Shown here: positions 12,507 to 23,608 of the stretch, one piece after another
Position numbering within the stretch: the stretch's first letter is position 1
How the letters are laid out: the number at the start of each line of letters is the position of its first letter
Assembly: GCF_001194135.2 (NCBI RefSeq)
Contig: NC_069008.1
Span: 6,284,420-6,316,624 of the forward strand
Reading direction: 5' to 3'
Origin: Octopus bimaculoides
Taxonomy: Eukaryota
Length of the DNA stretch: 32,205 bases
Translations under genes and position numbers: made by a program
Notes under the pieces: generated by a model
Told to the model about the DNA's origin: nothing
The model's input: only the letters and a program-made list of their open reading frames with translations
Database searches by the model: none

Positions 12507-13139
12507 TTAAACGTCTCCGTTTCATTTTCTCTGTTTTGTTTCTCTGTGTGTGTATGTCTCTGTCTCAACAGCCTTCAGTCCTTGTTCATCTTCTCTTTTA
12601 GCCGTTAGTACTTACTCTTCTTTTCCCCATCTTCTTCCCTTCAACCTACTTTTCCCTCTCTCTCTCTCTCTCTCTGCTTATTCTTCACTCTATTCTCTCT
12701 GAAATTCCTCCTCATCCTCATCAACCTCCTCATCTTGTTTTCTTCATCTTTTTTCCTTTTCTTTTTAGTTTTATTTGCCGCCTTTTTTGGTTACTCTTTG
12801 TATTGTCACTATTCTTGTCATTATTGTTGTTGTTGTCATGCTCGTTTACTTCCATATTTTCATGCTCGTTTACTTCCTTTCCCTTCATCACTTTTTCTTT
12901 TCTTCTATATTTTGTTGTCTTTTTTATCTCTGTTTTCTTCCTCCAACTTCTTCGTCTCCATTTTTCCTTCTTTCTCTCTACTTCTTCAATTCATTCAACA
13001 TGCCATCAGTTGCAACTTCTTTTTCCTACTTCGACCTTTCTCCTCTCCTCTTTCTTCCTATTGTTTTTCTTTCCTTAATGTACATCATGTTCTCTTGTTT
13101 CTTTTACCTTCTCTGACTCAATTTTTAACACCACCACCG

Positions 13140-13172
<33 letters not shown>

Positions 13173-13965
13173 TTACTACCTCCTTTTATTAATCATCAAA
13201 ACCTTCTAATTTATTTACTTTCTTCTCCCTTTCTATCACCTTCATATTCTTGTTGCTCTTGTCTTCCTCCCCGGTCAGCTCTTCTATCTCTACTTCCTGT
13301 TCTTCCACTTTATCCTTTGATTGTTTGTTTGTTTGTTTCTTCTTCTTCTTCTTCTTCTTCATATTCTCAGCCTTTAATGTATTACATCACTCTTTCTTCC
13401 TCTTTCCTTCTCCTCCATATATGTATATACAGGTACATATACATAAAGAATAATTCCAAAACATCCCAAAAGATTTTTACAGCAAATTTTCCGGGAAATA
13501 TCACTGCTAAAAAATTACACAACACCAGGAGTATGACTGGCACTACCTTTAAGATATTGTTATACACCATCACAATCCATGTGAAACTAAACATCTGAAA
13601 AATGCATGGTGGTTCTGAAATCAAACATATTCTATCAGCCCTGCTTCCCGACAGATAGTGCCTTTGTAAAATAGTGGTTCATAAATAAATTACATTCTAA
13701 AAATTGCAGGTAAAATATAATCTAAAAGTCAGAAAAATTAAACAAAATATTAAAAATAATGGACTTATTAGAAATGCATAATTAATGAATACAATATATA
13801 GTTTCTAGAGTACCTAATTGCACTGGAATTTTATTAATATCAATATTGATTACAATTCCACATAACTGTATATTTTATGTCAAACCTGATTGTTTAACCA
13901 TAATAATTAATATTTTCTCAAATTTCGGCTCCATACAATTTCTAATGAATCCATTTTTGTTACAG

Positions 13966-14037
13966 AGATTTGAGTGAAAATAACATCACGGATATCAAAA
14001 GAGGAACCTTTCAAGACCTGCCCTATATTGTTTTTCT
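13966..14037 (+). CDS. LRR exon 12: DLSENNITDIKRGTFQDLPYIVF(L)
   Basis: 72 nt, TTACAG/GTAAGT, LRR consensus. Confidence 0.9.
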
Positions 14038-14551
14038 GTAAGTTGTATCAGCCTTGTTGATATTTCATCAACGAAATACTTCCAAATATTAAATGTTTAC
14101 CCCATAATCTCCACCACTCTTACCCCTTTGTCTGTGTGTGTCTGTGTATGTAGGTGTGTGTCTATCATTACTTAATTCTTCTTCTTGCAAAATTTCTTTT
14201 AATCCCCATTCTATTCTGCTTCTTTGTTTTCCTTTTCAAATTATTCTAATTGTTTGCCGTTTAATTTTCTTCTTCTTCTTCCTCTTTCCATTCCAAATAT
14301 GCTCATACAAATTCTTACACACAAAGTACAATTTCAAATAACCAAAATAGTTTGATACAACAGTGTTTCAGAGAAATATCATTGCACAATACATGAAAGT
14401 ATGACGTTCCATATTGCAATGTCTTTTTAAGGCAAAACTTTCTATTCGTAATATTTAAAATATTTTAAACCTAATTGCTTAGGCATAATTGATTTGATTT
14501 GATTTATTCTCATCTCATGAGCTGTGGCCATGCTGGGACACCGCCATTTAC

Positions 14552-14607
14552 CTAATATCTAATATCTAATATTTAATATCTAATATCTAATATCTAATAT
14601 CTAATAT
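14552..14607. repeat. (CTAATAT)8 tandem repeat
   Basis: Eight 7-bp units, one of them TTAATAT. Confidence 0.9.
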
Positions 14608-14662
14608 TTTATCACAAATCTGCTTTGCTTTATACTCTTTCAATCTCATTTTCCTGTTACAG

Positions 14663-14734
14663 ATCTCTGAACCTTAATAATATCACACATATCGAAGAAG
14701 GGGCTTTCCAGAATCTTCCAAGATTGAGTATACT
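14663..14734 (+). CDS. LRR exon 13: SLNLNNITHIEEGAFQNLPRLSI(L)
   Basis: 72 nt, TTACAG/GTAAGT, LRR consensus. Confidence 0.9.
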
Positions 14735-14963
14735 GTAAGTTGGACAAGTCTTATTGATACTGTCCCATTGATAGAATATCTTCAATACAAGATATCCTCC
14801 CTTTTCATTCAGTCACTTGTTTCCACTTTGCATGTATACTGTGACGGAAACAGTGTCTTCGTAACTATTACATTTTGCTATTATTCTTCTCCTATTCTTC
14901 ATTATTTTCCCATCATCATCATCATCAACATCAATCATCATCATCATCATCATCATCAACATC

Positions 14964-14995
<32 letters not shown>

Positions 14996-15369
14996 GTCGA
15001 TATAATCAACTTACCTCCTCCCTCATAAATTTCAGGCCTTGTGCCTATTGAAGAAATTATTATTGTTGTTGTTGTTATTATTATTATTGTTGTTGTTATT
15101 ATTATTATTACCATTACCAGTGCTCATTGCCTTCATAAATGTATACACAGACATCTATGAATAATGCATAATTATAAAACACCCAATCCCTGCGTCAGGT
15201 CACATTTTCTGGAAAATGTCTCTGCTCAATACTTTACACATCACAAAATGTATGAAAGTCGCTACGACTCAGTTGTTGCACATCTCCACAGGACATGTGA
15301 GACTAGAGATCAGAAAAGAAGAGGCATTGCGTACCTCCAGGCATACTTATCTGTCTTGCCTCCCTAATT

Positions 15370-15756
15370 GTTGTTGGCACTCCGTCGCTTACGACGTCGG
15401 GGGCTCCAGTTGATCCGATCAACGGAACAGCCTGCTCGTGAAATTAACGTGCAAGTGGTTGAGCACTCCACAGACAAATGTACCCTTAACGTAGTTCTCG
15501 GAGATATTCAGCATGACACAGTGTGACAAGGCTGGCCCTTTGAAATACAGGTACAACAGAAACAGGAAGTAAGAGTAAGAGAAAGTTGTGGTGAAAGAGT
15601 ACAGCAGGGTTCGCCACCATCTCCTGCTGGAGCCTCGTGGAGCTTTTAGGTGTTTTTCGCTCAATAAACACTCACAACGCCCGGTCTGGGAATCAAAACT
15701 GCGATCCTATGACCGCGAGTCCGCTGCCCTAACCACTGGGCCATTGCGCCTCTACA
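15370..15756 (-). mobile_element. SINE family A, full length
   Basis: Reverse-complement copy flanked by a 13-bp direct repeat TGCCTCCCTAATT (15357-15369 and 15757-15769). Confidence 0.82.
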
Positions 15757-16038
15757 TGCCTCCCTAATTAAATGCTGATAATATATTTGAAAGAGAAACT
15801 AATTTAGATAATTAAATTTTTCAAACTTTTCGACAATTCGAAATACCCGATTGGTGGATTCATTTGATATCTTACAAGTTTACACACTGGAACTGCTGTG
15901 AATGTCAACGTTTATCACAAGTACTTTGTACACAAAATTTCACACGTATTTTACACGAAATTGCTTATCCATAATATCTGATCTTCATCGCAAAAAATTC
16001 TGCGTGCAATTTCTTATGAAGTCACTTTAATATTACAG

Positions 16039-16110
16039 ATACCTGGATCACAATAATATCTCGAGTATTAAGAAAGGGACCTTCGTAAACGTTTCCAGTC
16101 TAATTACACT
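16039..16110 (+). CDS. LRR exon 14: YLDHNNISSIKKGTFVNVSSLIT(L)
   Basis: 72 nt, TTACAG/GTAAGT, LRR consensus. Confidence 0.9.
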
Positions 16111-16413
16111 GTAAGTATTCCTGAGACTATTTCATCGACGCTGTATTTCTTAATATGAAACGCCTCTCCTTCTTTCTTACTTTCCTCTCGTCCATCCCTA
16201 TTTTGTTTGTCAGGTTGAGTGGGTATATCTCTCTAACGACATTTTCCCATTCTTCTTCTTCCATACAATTTTTTCATTTCCTCCTTCATCTTTATTTTCT
16301 GGTACTACTCCCACTTCCTCATTTTCCCTTCTCTTACCCTGGACTCCCTTTTCTCTTTCTTTTTCCACCTTTTTCTACATTCATTTCTTTCCTTTTGTAA
16401 TTCTCATCCTCGA

Positions 16414-16583
16414 CTACACTCTCGGAGTGGTTGGCGTTAGGAAGGTCATCCAGCTGTAGAAACTCTGCCAGATCAGATTGGAGCCTGGTGTAGCCATCTG
16501 GTTTCACCAGTCCTCAGTCAAATCGTCCAACCCATGCTAGCATGGAAAGCGGACGTTAAACGATGATGATGATGATGATGATG
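16414..16583 (+). mobile_element. Family C 3' segment
   Basis: Same sequence with (GAT)n tail. Confidence 0.75.
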
Positions 16584-17147
16584 ACTTCACCCTTTTCCTT
16601 TTCTGTTCTTCTATTACAATTTCCTTTTCTTCTTTAGCCCTTTTCTCTATTTTGTATTCCTTATCATTACCATCATCATCACCTTCTGCTTCACCATCCT
16701 CATCACCACCCCTCCTCCCCATCACCATCATCATATCCGTTTTCTACATCTGCTTTCTTACGTTTATCTTCCTCTTCCTCTTCACATTCAATTTCTATTT
16801 CCCTTCTACCCCTCCTTTCTCATTCCATCTTCTTCTTCTTCTATTCACTTCCTTTTCTCTTTCACTTCAACCTTCTCTCCTTCTAATTCCATCCTTCTTC
16901 TATCTACTTCTCCTCCTCTTCATCATTTCCCCTTTACCCTTCCTTATTCCCTTATTCTTCCGCATCTTTTCCTTTCCTCTTACCTCTACTCTAGTTTCTC
17001 TTCATTTTCTTCTTATGCTGCTTCTTTCATTTCTCTTATTCTTTTTCTACCACCATCACCGCCACCACCACCACTTTCCTCTTCCTTTTCTCCTACATCT
17101 GATTTCCTTGTCTTCTTCTCCCGCCATCTCATATGTGTGTCCTGCTT

Positions 17148-17330
17148 CGCGGGCATGGCTGTGTGGTTAGGAAGCTTGCTTTTCAGCTACATGGTTTCGG
17201 GTTCAGTCCCACTGTGTGGCACCTTGGGCAAGTGTCTTCTGCTATAGCCCCGGGCTGACTGAAGCCTTGTGATTGAATTTGGTAGGCGGAAGTTACTGCC
17301 GCGTGTGTATATGTCTGTGTATGTGCTTGT
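17148..17330 (+). mobile_element. SINE family B, 5' portion
   Basis: GGCTGTGTGGTTAGGAAGCTTGC...GGCACCTTGGGCAAGTGTCTTCTGCTATAGCC. Confidence 0.7.
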
Positions 17331-17564
17331 GCCTCTCTTCCAGAGAGTGAGAGGGGGAATATATTGTCTTCAAACGATATAATTTACATTGCAAAAGCTT
17401 GAGGTAAAATACAATCCAAACGCCAGATAAATTAAATAATGGATGTTTTTAAAAATGATGGATACCTTTGATATTTTCAGGAGTATGCAGTTTTCGTCAT
17501 AATATATTATTTTCTCAAAAATCTGCTCTATCCAATGTCTTATCAACTGACATTTACGTTACAG

Positions 17565-17636
17565 AGGCCTGAGTCACAATAATATCATGAATATCGAAAC
17601 AGAAATCGTCCCAAATCTTCCCTATGTAGGACAATT
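17565..17636 (+). CDS. LRR exon 15 (divergent): GLSHNNIMNIETEIVPNLPYVGQ(L)
   Basis: 72 nt, TTACAG/GTAAGT; lacks the consensus Phe. Confidence 0.85.
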
Positions 17637-17670
17637 GTAAGTTGGATCAGTCTAATTAATAACATTTCAT

Positions 17671-18013
17671 TACTCTTTTACTTGTTTCAGACATTTGACT
17701 GCAGTCATGCTGGAGCACCACCTTTAGTCGAGAAAATCGACCCCAGGACTTATTCTTTGGAAGCCTAGTACTTATTCTATCGGTCTCTTTTGCCGAACTG
17801 CTAAGTTACGGGGACGTAAACACACACACATATATATATATACATATATACGACGGGCTTCTTTCAGTTTCTGTCTACCAAATCCACTCACAAGGCTTTG
17901 GTTGGCCTGAGGCTATAGTTGACAACACCTGCCCAAGGTGACACGCAGTGGGACCGAACCTGGAACCATGTGGTTGGTAAGCAAGCTACTTACCACACAG
18001 CCACTCCTGCGCC
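17671..18013 (-). mobile_element. SINE family B, near full length
   Basis: Reverse complement of 18636-19238 with an internal deletion. Confidence 0.78.
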
Positions 18014-18084
18014 TCCATTATTACATAATGAATTTTAAATATCTAATGTCTTCCTCATTTTGTCTTTTCTTCGTCTCAGTGTGT

Positions 18085-18345
18085 GTATATGTTTATGCGT
18101 AATTGTGTGTTATTTCTTTACTACCCACAAGGGGCTACACACAGAGGGGACAAACAAAGACAGACAAACGGATTAAGTCGATTATATCGACACCCAGTGC
18201 GTAACTGGTACTTATTTAATCGACCCCGAAAGGATGAAAGGCAAAGTCGACCTCGGCGGAATTTGAACTCAGAACGTAGCGGCAGACGAAATACTGCTAA
18301 GCATTTCACCCGGCCCCCTAACGTTTCTGCCAGCTCGCCGCCTTA
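18085..18345 (-). mobile_element. SINE family D (MetaSINE-like central domain)
   Basis: Reverse complement contains GAGGTCGACTTTGCCTTTCATCCTTTCGGGGTCGATTAAATAAGTACCAG, recalled as Meta-domain-like; related pieces at about 7400-7528, 28305-28490 (+) and 32080-32205. Confidence 0.65.
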
Positions 18346-18635
18346 ATGCCTTTATGCGTAATTGTGTGTGTCTTTCGCTACTATAATCAGTGTTTCCCAT
18401 TCTCGAAATCTCCATTTTCCTTCTTCCACTGCTATTACTTGTTCTTTATGATTCATCACATTTTCCTTCTGCCACCTCTCATTTCCTTTTGCTCCTCGTT
18501 TTCTACACTTTCTTTCCTCCTACCTTCCATTTACTTCTTCCTCCTACTCATATCTTCTTCTTCCCCTACCTCCTCCAGCTCTTCTCCTTCGTCTGCTTCT
18601 TCCCCCTCTTTATTTTTGTTGCTTTAGTTGTTGTA

Positions 18636-18806
18636 GGCGCAGGAGTGGCTGTGTGGTAAGTAGCTTGCTTACCAACCACATGGTTCCGGGTTCAGTCCCA
18701 CTGCGTGGCACCTTGGTCAAATGTCTTCTACTATAGCCTCGGGCCGACCAACGCCTTGCGAGTGAATTTGGTAGACGGAAACTGAAAGAAGCCTGTCGTA
18801 TATATG

Positions 18807-18837
<31 letters not shown>

Positions 18838-18913
18838 TTGTGTGTGTCCCCCCACCATCGCTTGTGAGTGGATTTGGTAGACAGAAACTGAAAGAAGCCC
18901 GTCATATATATAT

Positions 18914-18957
<44 letters not shown>

Positions 18958-19238
18958 GTGTATGTATATATTTGTGTGTCTGTGTTTGTCCCGCCCACCA
19001 TCGCTTGACAACCGATGCTGGTGTGTTTAGGTCCCCGTAACTTAGCGGTTCAACAAAAAGAGACCGATAGAATAAGTGCTAGGCTTACAAAGAATAAGTC
19101 CTGGGNNNNNNNNNNAAAAGAGACCGATAGAATAAGTGCTAGGCTTACAAAGAATAAGTCCTGGGGTCAATTTGCTCGACTATAAAGGCGGTGCTCCAGC
19201 ATGGCCGCAGTCAAATGACTGAAACAAGTAAAAGAGTA
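18636..19238 (+). mobile_element. SINE family B, full length, with an internal duplication and internal (TA)n/(TG)n
   Basis: tRNA-like head, body and 3' end CAAATGACTGAAACAAGTAAAAGAGT; spans a small gap. Confidence 0.78.
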
Positions 19239-19601
19239 CTTCTTTATCATAATGCTTCCCTTAATTATAACCCTCTTGCTCCACTTCCTTCGTTTACTCT
19301 TTCTAATTATTCTAGTCGTTCGTCGCTGTATTTATCATCTCTTCTTTCTTCCCTTCCAAATATGCTCTGACGGATTCCATACGTAAAGCATTCTTCCCAA
19401 AACCTAAGATATAATATCACTGCACAAAAAATGAAAAAAAAATTCGACCCCACATAAATCAATATTTTTTGTTAAACAAAATTGTTCGTCCAAAATACTT
19501 GAAATATTTCATTTTAAATCTACTTGCCCAATCATGATATTTAATATTTTCTCACAAATCTGCTACATAAAAATTTTCATGAATTCGCTTTCTTGGTACA
19601 G

Positions 19602-19673
19602 GTACCTGAGTCATAATCATATAACAGATCTTAAGGAGGGCACTTTCCAAACCCTTCTCACAACATGGTCATT
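19602..19673 (+). CDS. LRR exon 16: YLSHNHITDLKEGTFQTLLTTWS(L)
   Basis: 72 nt, TACAG/GTAAGT. Confidence 0.88.
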
Positions 19674-19727
19674 GTAAGTTAATTAGAAAGCATTTTTTTC
19701 CATGATCTTTGAAAACAATATCTGGTC

Positions 19728-19885
19728 TTATTATTATTGTTGTTGTTATTGTTACTATTATTATAATTCAGTCGTCTCATATTCATCACGTGCTTTCACT
19801 GCACTACCGAGCGCAGCTCTGTGTGCCTTGGGTATGTGTTGTGGTTTGTTGTGATGCTCTTATTTTCACTGTAGTGAAATTGTTT
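19728..19885 (-). mobile_element. 3' UTR and (TAA)n-like tail of the LINE family seen at 31020-31875
   Basis: Reverse complement matches 31775-31860 (CACAGCACATACCCAAGGCACACAGAG...GTGAAAGCA). Confidence 0.65.
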
Positions 19886-19895
19886 TATGTAGGAA

Positions 19896-20352
19896 CCCCC
19901 TGTTTCTGTTGTGCCTGTAATTCAAAGGGGTCAGCCTTGTCACAGTCTGTGTCACGCTGAATCTCCCCGAGAACTACGTTAAGGGTACACGTGTCTGTGG
20001 AGTGCTCAGCCACTTGCACGTTAATTTCACGAGCAAGCTGTTCCTTTGATCGTATCAGCTGGGACCCTCGTCATCATAACCGATGGAGTGCTTTCCGGCA
20101 GGGGATGGTGGCGAACCCTGCTGTACTCTTTCACCACAACTTTCTCTTACTCTTACTTCCTGTTTCTGTTGTGCCTGTAATTCAAAGGGATCAGCGTTGT
20201 CACACTCTGTGTCACGCTGAATCTCCCCGAGAACTACGTTAAGGGTACACGTGTCTGTGGAGTGCTCAGCCACTTGCACGTTAATTTCACGAGCAGGCTG
20301 TTCCATTGATCGGATCAACTGGAACCCTCGACGTCATAAGCGACGGAGGGCC
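19896..20352 (+). mobile_element. SINE family A, two tandem 5'-truncated copies
   Basis: The body segment CCTGTTTCTGTTGTGCCTGTAATTC...GGAGTG occurs twice in tandem. Confidence 0.75.
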
Positions 20353-20469
20353 AACCAACTTCATTTTATATTTAATATTGAACAAAATATTCCTTGTCTA
20401 TAACATTTAATATGTAACATAAATTCGCTTTATACTTCTTTTTTTATGAACCCACTTTCATATTTCCAG

Positions 20470-20541
20470 GGACCTGAATCACAATAATATAACACACATT
20501 GAGGGAGGGGCCTTTCGAAACCTCAACGGATTGCGCAAACT
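20470..20541 (+). CDS. LRR exon 17: DLNHNNITHIEGGAFRNLNGLRK(L)
   Basis: 72 nt, TTCCAG/GTAAGC, LRR consensus. Confidence 0.9.
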
Positions 20542-20759
20542 GTAAGCTCCATCAGTCATTTTCGTACCATTTAATTGCCGATTGAGGGTCTTCCCTCCTT
20601 CCCTGCCTGCCACCTCTTCTATTCGTCTCTGTAATGACCCTTTGTACGGATGAACACAGAGTTTAGAAATTGTCGTCCTCAAACTCTCCATTCTTTTCTG
20701 CTTTCGTTCACTTTCATCATCATCATCATCATCAGCCTTCCGTCCCTCCTCCCCTGTTT

Positions 20760-21055
20760 CTACTTCTACTACTTCTACTATTACTACTACTACTTCTACT
20801 ACTACTACTACTACTTCTACTACCTCTCTACTTCTACTACTACCACTACTTACTACTACTACTTCAACTACTACTACTACCACTACCTCTCTACTTCTAC
20901 TACTTACTACTACTCCTACTACTACTTACTACCACTACTTCTACTACTACTACTTACTACTTCTACTACTCCACCTACCACTACTACTACTACCTCTCTA
21001 CTTCTACCACTACTACTTACTACTCCTACCACTACTACTACTACTACCTCTCTAC
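20760..21055. repeat. (ACT)n compound microsatellite
   Basis: Direct reading. Confidence 0.9.
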
Positions 21056-21277
21056 TTCTTGTTCCTCTTCATCACCCTTCAAATCTTACAAAAAAGATAC
21101 CCTCAGGTGTACACACTTGCATCGATCCGTTAGTATTTCTTTTTCATTACCCAAAATTCTATTGTCATCTAATTCCATATCTTATGTGAAATCTCATCGG
21201 CTTTCCACAGTATTTAATATTCTATCACAGATCTACTCCAATATAGTCCGTTATGGCCTCTCTCTTCCATATTACAG

Positions 21278-21349
21278 AGATTTGAGTAATAATACAATTA
21301 CGAATATTGAAGAAGGCGCCTTCGAAATCCGTAACAGGTTGGAAGAACT
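21278..21349 (+). CDS. LRR exon 18: DLSNNTITNIEEGAFEIRNRLEE(L)
   Basis: 72 nt, TTACAG/GTAAGT; tail of ORF 20670..21353. Confidence 0.9.
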
Positions 21350-21527
21350 GTAAGTTGGATTACCCTTGTTGATATTCGTTCATTAACGATATATTACTGA
21401 ATATTAAATGTCTTTCTTTATTCCCCCACCTTCCCATTTTCACATCCATTCTTCACCTTCTCTTTTTTCTTCTCCCCTTTTCATTTTCTTACCCCCCCCC
21501 TTTTTTTTATCTCATCTACTTGCTTAA

Positions 21528-21747
21528 CCCTTTAGTGTTTAAACCGGCTGTATCTGGCCCAAATATTCTACACATTTTATGCTCAAACTGGCCAGAACCA
21601 GCCTCTCATACCTACCCTACAATGTCATTCTAAAAATAAGTAATTACATCTTTCCTATCTTGAAGCTACAAAATAATATCAGATAAATTTTTTTAAATGT
21701 GAATAAATAAGGATTACTTTTGACAAATTAATCTGAACGCTAAAGGG
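21528..21747. mobile_element. piggyBac-like MITE copy 3
   Basis: TTAA|CCCTTTAG...CTAAAGGG|TTAA. Confidence 0.8.
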
Positions 21748-21849
21748 TTAAATTTTCTAAAATTTCTTCTTCTTAGCGGTTCGGCAAAAGAGGCTGATAG
21801 AATAAGTACTAGGCTTACAAAGAATAAGTCCTGGGGTCGATTTGCTCGG

Positions 21850-22260
21850 CTAAAGGACAGACAGAGCGTAACGACGCCAGTGCGTGACTGGTACTTAATT
21901 TATCGACCCCGAAAGGATGAAAGGCAAAGTCGACCTCGGTGGAATTTGAACTCAGAACTTAACGGCAGACGAAATACCGCGAAGCATTTCGCCCGGCGTG
22001 CTAACGTTTCTTATTTCTTTATTGCCCACAAGGGGCTAAACATAGAGGGGACAAACAGTGCATAACGACTCCAGTGTGTAACTGGTACTTAATTTATCAA
22101 CCCCGAAAGGATGAAAGGCAAAGTTGACCTCAGTGGAATTTGAACTCAGAACTTAACGGCAGACAAAATACCATTAAGCATTTCGCCCAGCGTGCTAACA
22201 TTTCTTATTTCTTTATTGCCCACAAGGGGCTAAACATAGAGGGGACAAACAAGGACAGAC
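21850..22260 (-). mobile_element. SINE family D, two tandem copies
   Basis: The block from GACCCCGAAAGGATGAAAGGCAAAG to GAGGGGACAAAC occurs twice. Confidence 0.7.
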
Positions 22261-22278
22261 TGTGCATAACGACTCCAG

Positions 22279-22411
22279 TGGTTGGCATTAGGAAGGGCAT
22301 CCAACAGTAGAAACTCTGCCAGATCAGATTGGAACCTGGTGCAGCCTTCTGGCTTGCCAGTCCTCAGTCAAATTGTCCAACCCATGCTAGCATGGAAAGC
22401 GGACGTTAAAC

Positions 22412-22443
<32 letters not shown>
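22279..22443 (+). mobile_element. Family C 3' segment
   Basis: Same sequence with (GAT)n tail followed by (TA)n. Confidence 0.72.
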
Positions 22444-22444
<1 letters not shown>

Positions 22445-22512
22445 ATATATATATATATATATATATAATATAATTACTATATAAACTTTATGAATTCACT
22501 TTCATATTACAG

Positions 22513-22584
22513 ACATTTAAGTAATAATAGCATCACAAGCATTACAGAAGAATCCTTCCAGAACCTTCGCATGTTGCGCCTATT
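22513..22584 (+). CDS. LRR exon 19: HLSNNSITSITEESFQNLRMLRL(L)
   Basis: 72 nt, TTACAG/GTAAGT, LRR consensus. Confidence 0.9.
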
Positions 22585-22693
22585 GTAAGTAGAATCAGTC
22601 TTTTTGGCACAATTTCTTTCTTTCTCTATCACTCGTCTCCATTTTGTATCTGTGGAAATGAATGGATGAAGCTGCATGTCTGTGTAATTGCTA

Positions 22694-22890
22694 CATTTTC
22701 GTTGCCCTCCTGCACTTTCGCTGCCCTCCTGCACTTTCGTCGCCCTGCTGCACTTTCGTCTCCATCCCGCACTTTCGTTGCCCTGCTGCACATTCATTGC
22801 CCTCCTGCACTTTCGTTGCCCTGCTGCACTTTTGTCGCCCTCCTGCACTTTCGCTGCCCTCCTGCACTTTCGTCGCCCTCCTGCACTTTT
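22694..22890. repeat. 19-bp minisatellite, consensus CACTTTCGYYGCCCTSCTG, 10 full units plus a partial unit
   Basis: Units counted directly. Confidence 0.9.
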
Positions 22891-23574
22891 GACTCCGTCC
22901 TCTTCTTCTTGTTCTTTTCGTCTATTTTCTTCTTTGCCTTTTTTTCCCCTAATTTTCTAAAATTGGCTCTTGTAGAATACTGAATTGCACTTTCCGAGGC
23001 CAACAAAGCGAGTCTCAANNNNNNNNNNNNNNNNNNNNNNNNNNNNNNNNNNNNNNNNNNNNNNNNNNNNNNNNNNNNNNNNNNNNNNNNNNNNNNNNNN
23101 NNNNNNNNNNNNNNNNNNNNNNNNNNNNNNNNNNNNNNNNNNNNNNNNNNNNNNNNNNNNNNNNNNNNNNNNNNNNNNNNNNNNNNNNNNNNNNNNNNNN
23201 NNNNNNNNNNNNNNNNNNNNNNNNNNNNNNNNNNNNNNNNNNNNNNNNNNNNNNNNNNNNNNNNNNNNNNNNNNNNNNNNNNNNNNNNNNNNNNNNNNNN
23301 NNNNNNNNNNNNNNNNNNNNNNNNNNNNNNNNNNNNNNNNNNNNNNNNNNNNNNNNNNNNNNNNNNNNNNNNNNNNNNNNNNNNNNNNNNNNNNNNNNNN
23401 NNNNNNNNNNNNNNNNNNNNNNNNNNNNNNNNNNNNNNNNNNNNNNNNNNNNNNNNNNNNNNNNNNNNNNNNNNNNNNNNNNNNNNNNNNNNNNNNNNNN
23501 NNNNNNNNNNNNNNNNNNNNNNNNNNNNNNNNNNNNNNNNNNNNNNNNNNNNNNNNTATACATATATATATATT

Positions 23575-23595
<21 letters not shown>

Positions 23596-23608
<13 letters not shown>

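Noticed and set aside
613-21189. Long ORFs rich in T/Y/L/H/S (613..1089, 681..1151, 12735..13598, 16652..17170, 20650..21189) and ORFs spanning Ns
   Set aside because: They translate microsatellites, CT-rich tracts or gaps. Only the terminal 24 aa of a few coincide with real LRR exons.
22507-23018. Repetitive ORFs 22507..22848(-), 22666..22983 and 22688..22960 with Cys-rich periodicity
   Set aside because: Translations of the 19-bp minisatellite; the unit is not a multiple of 3.
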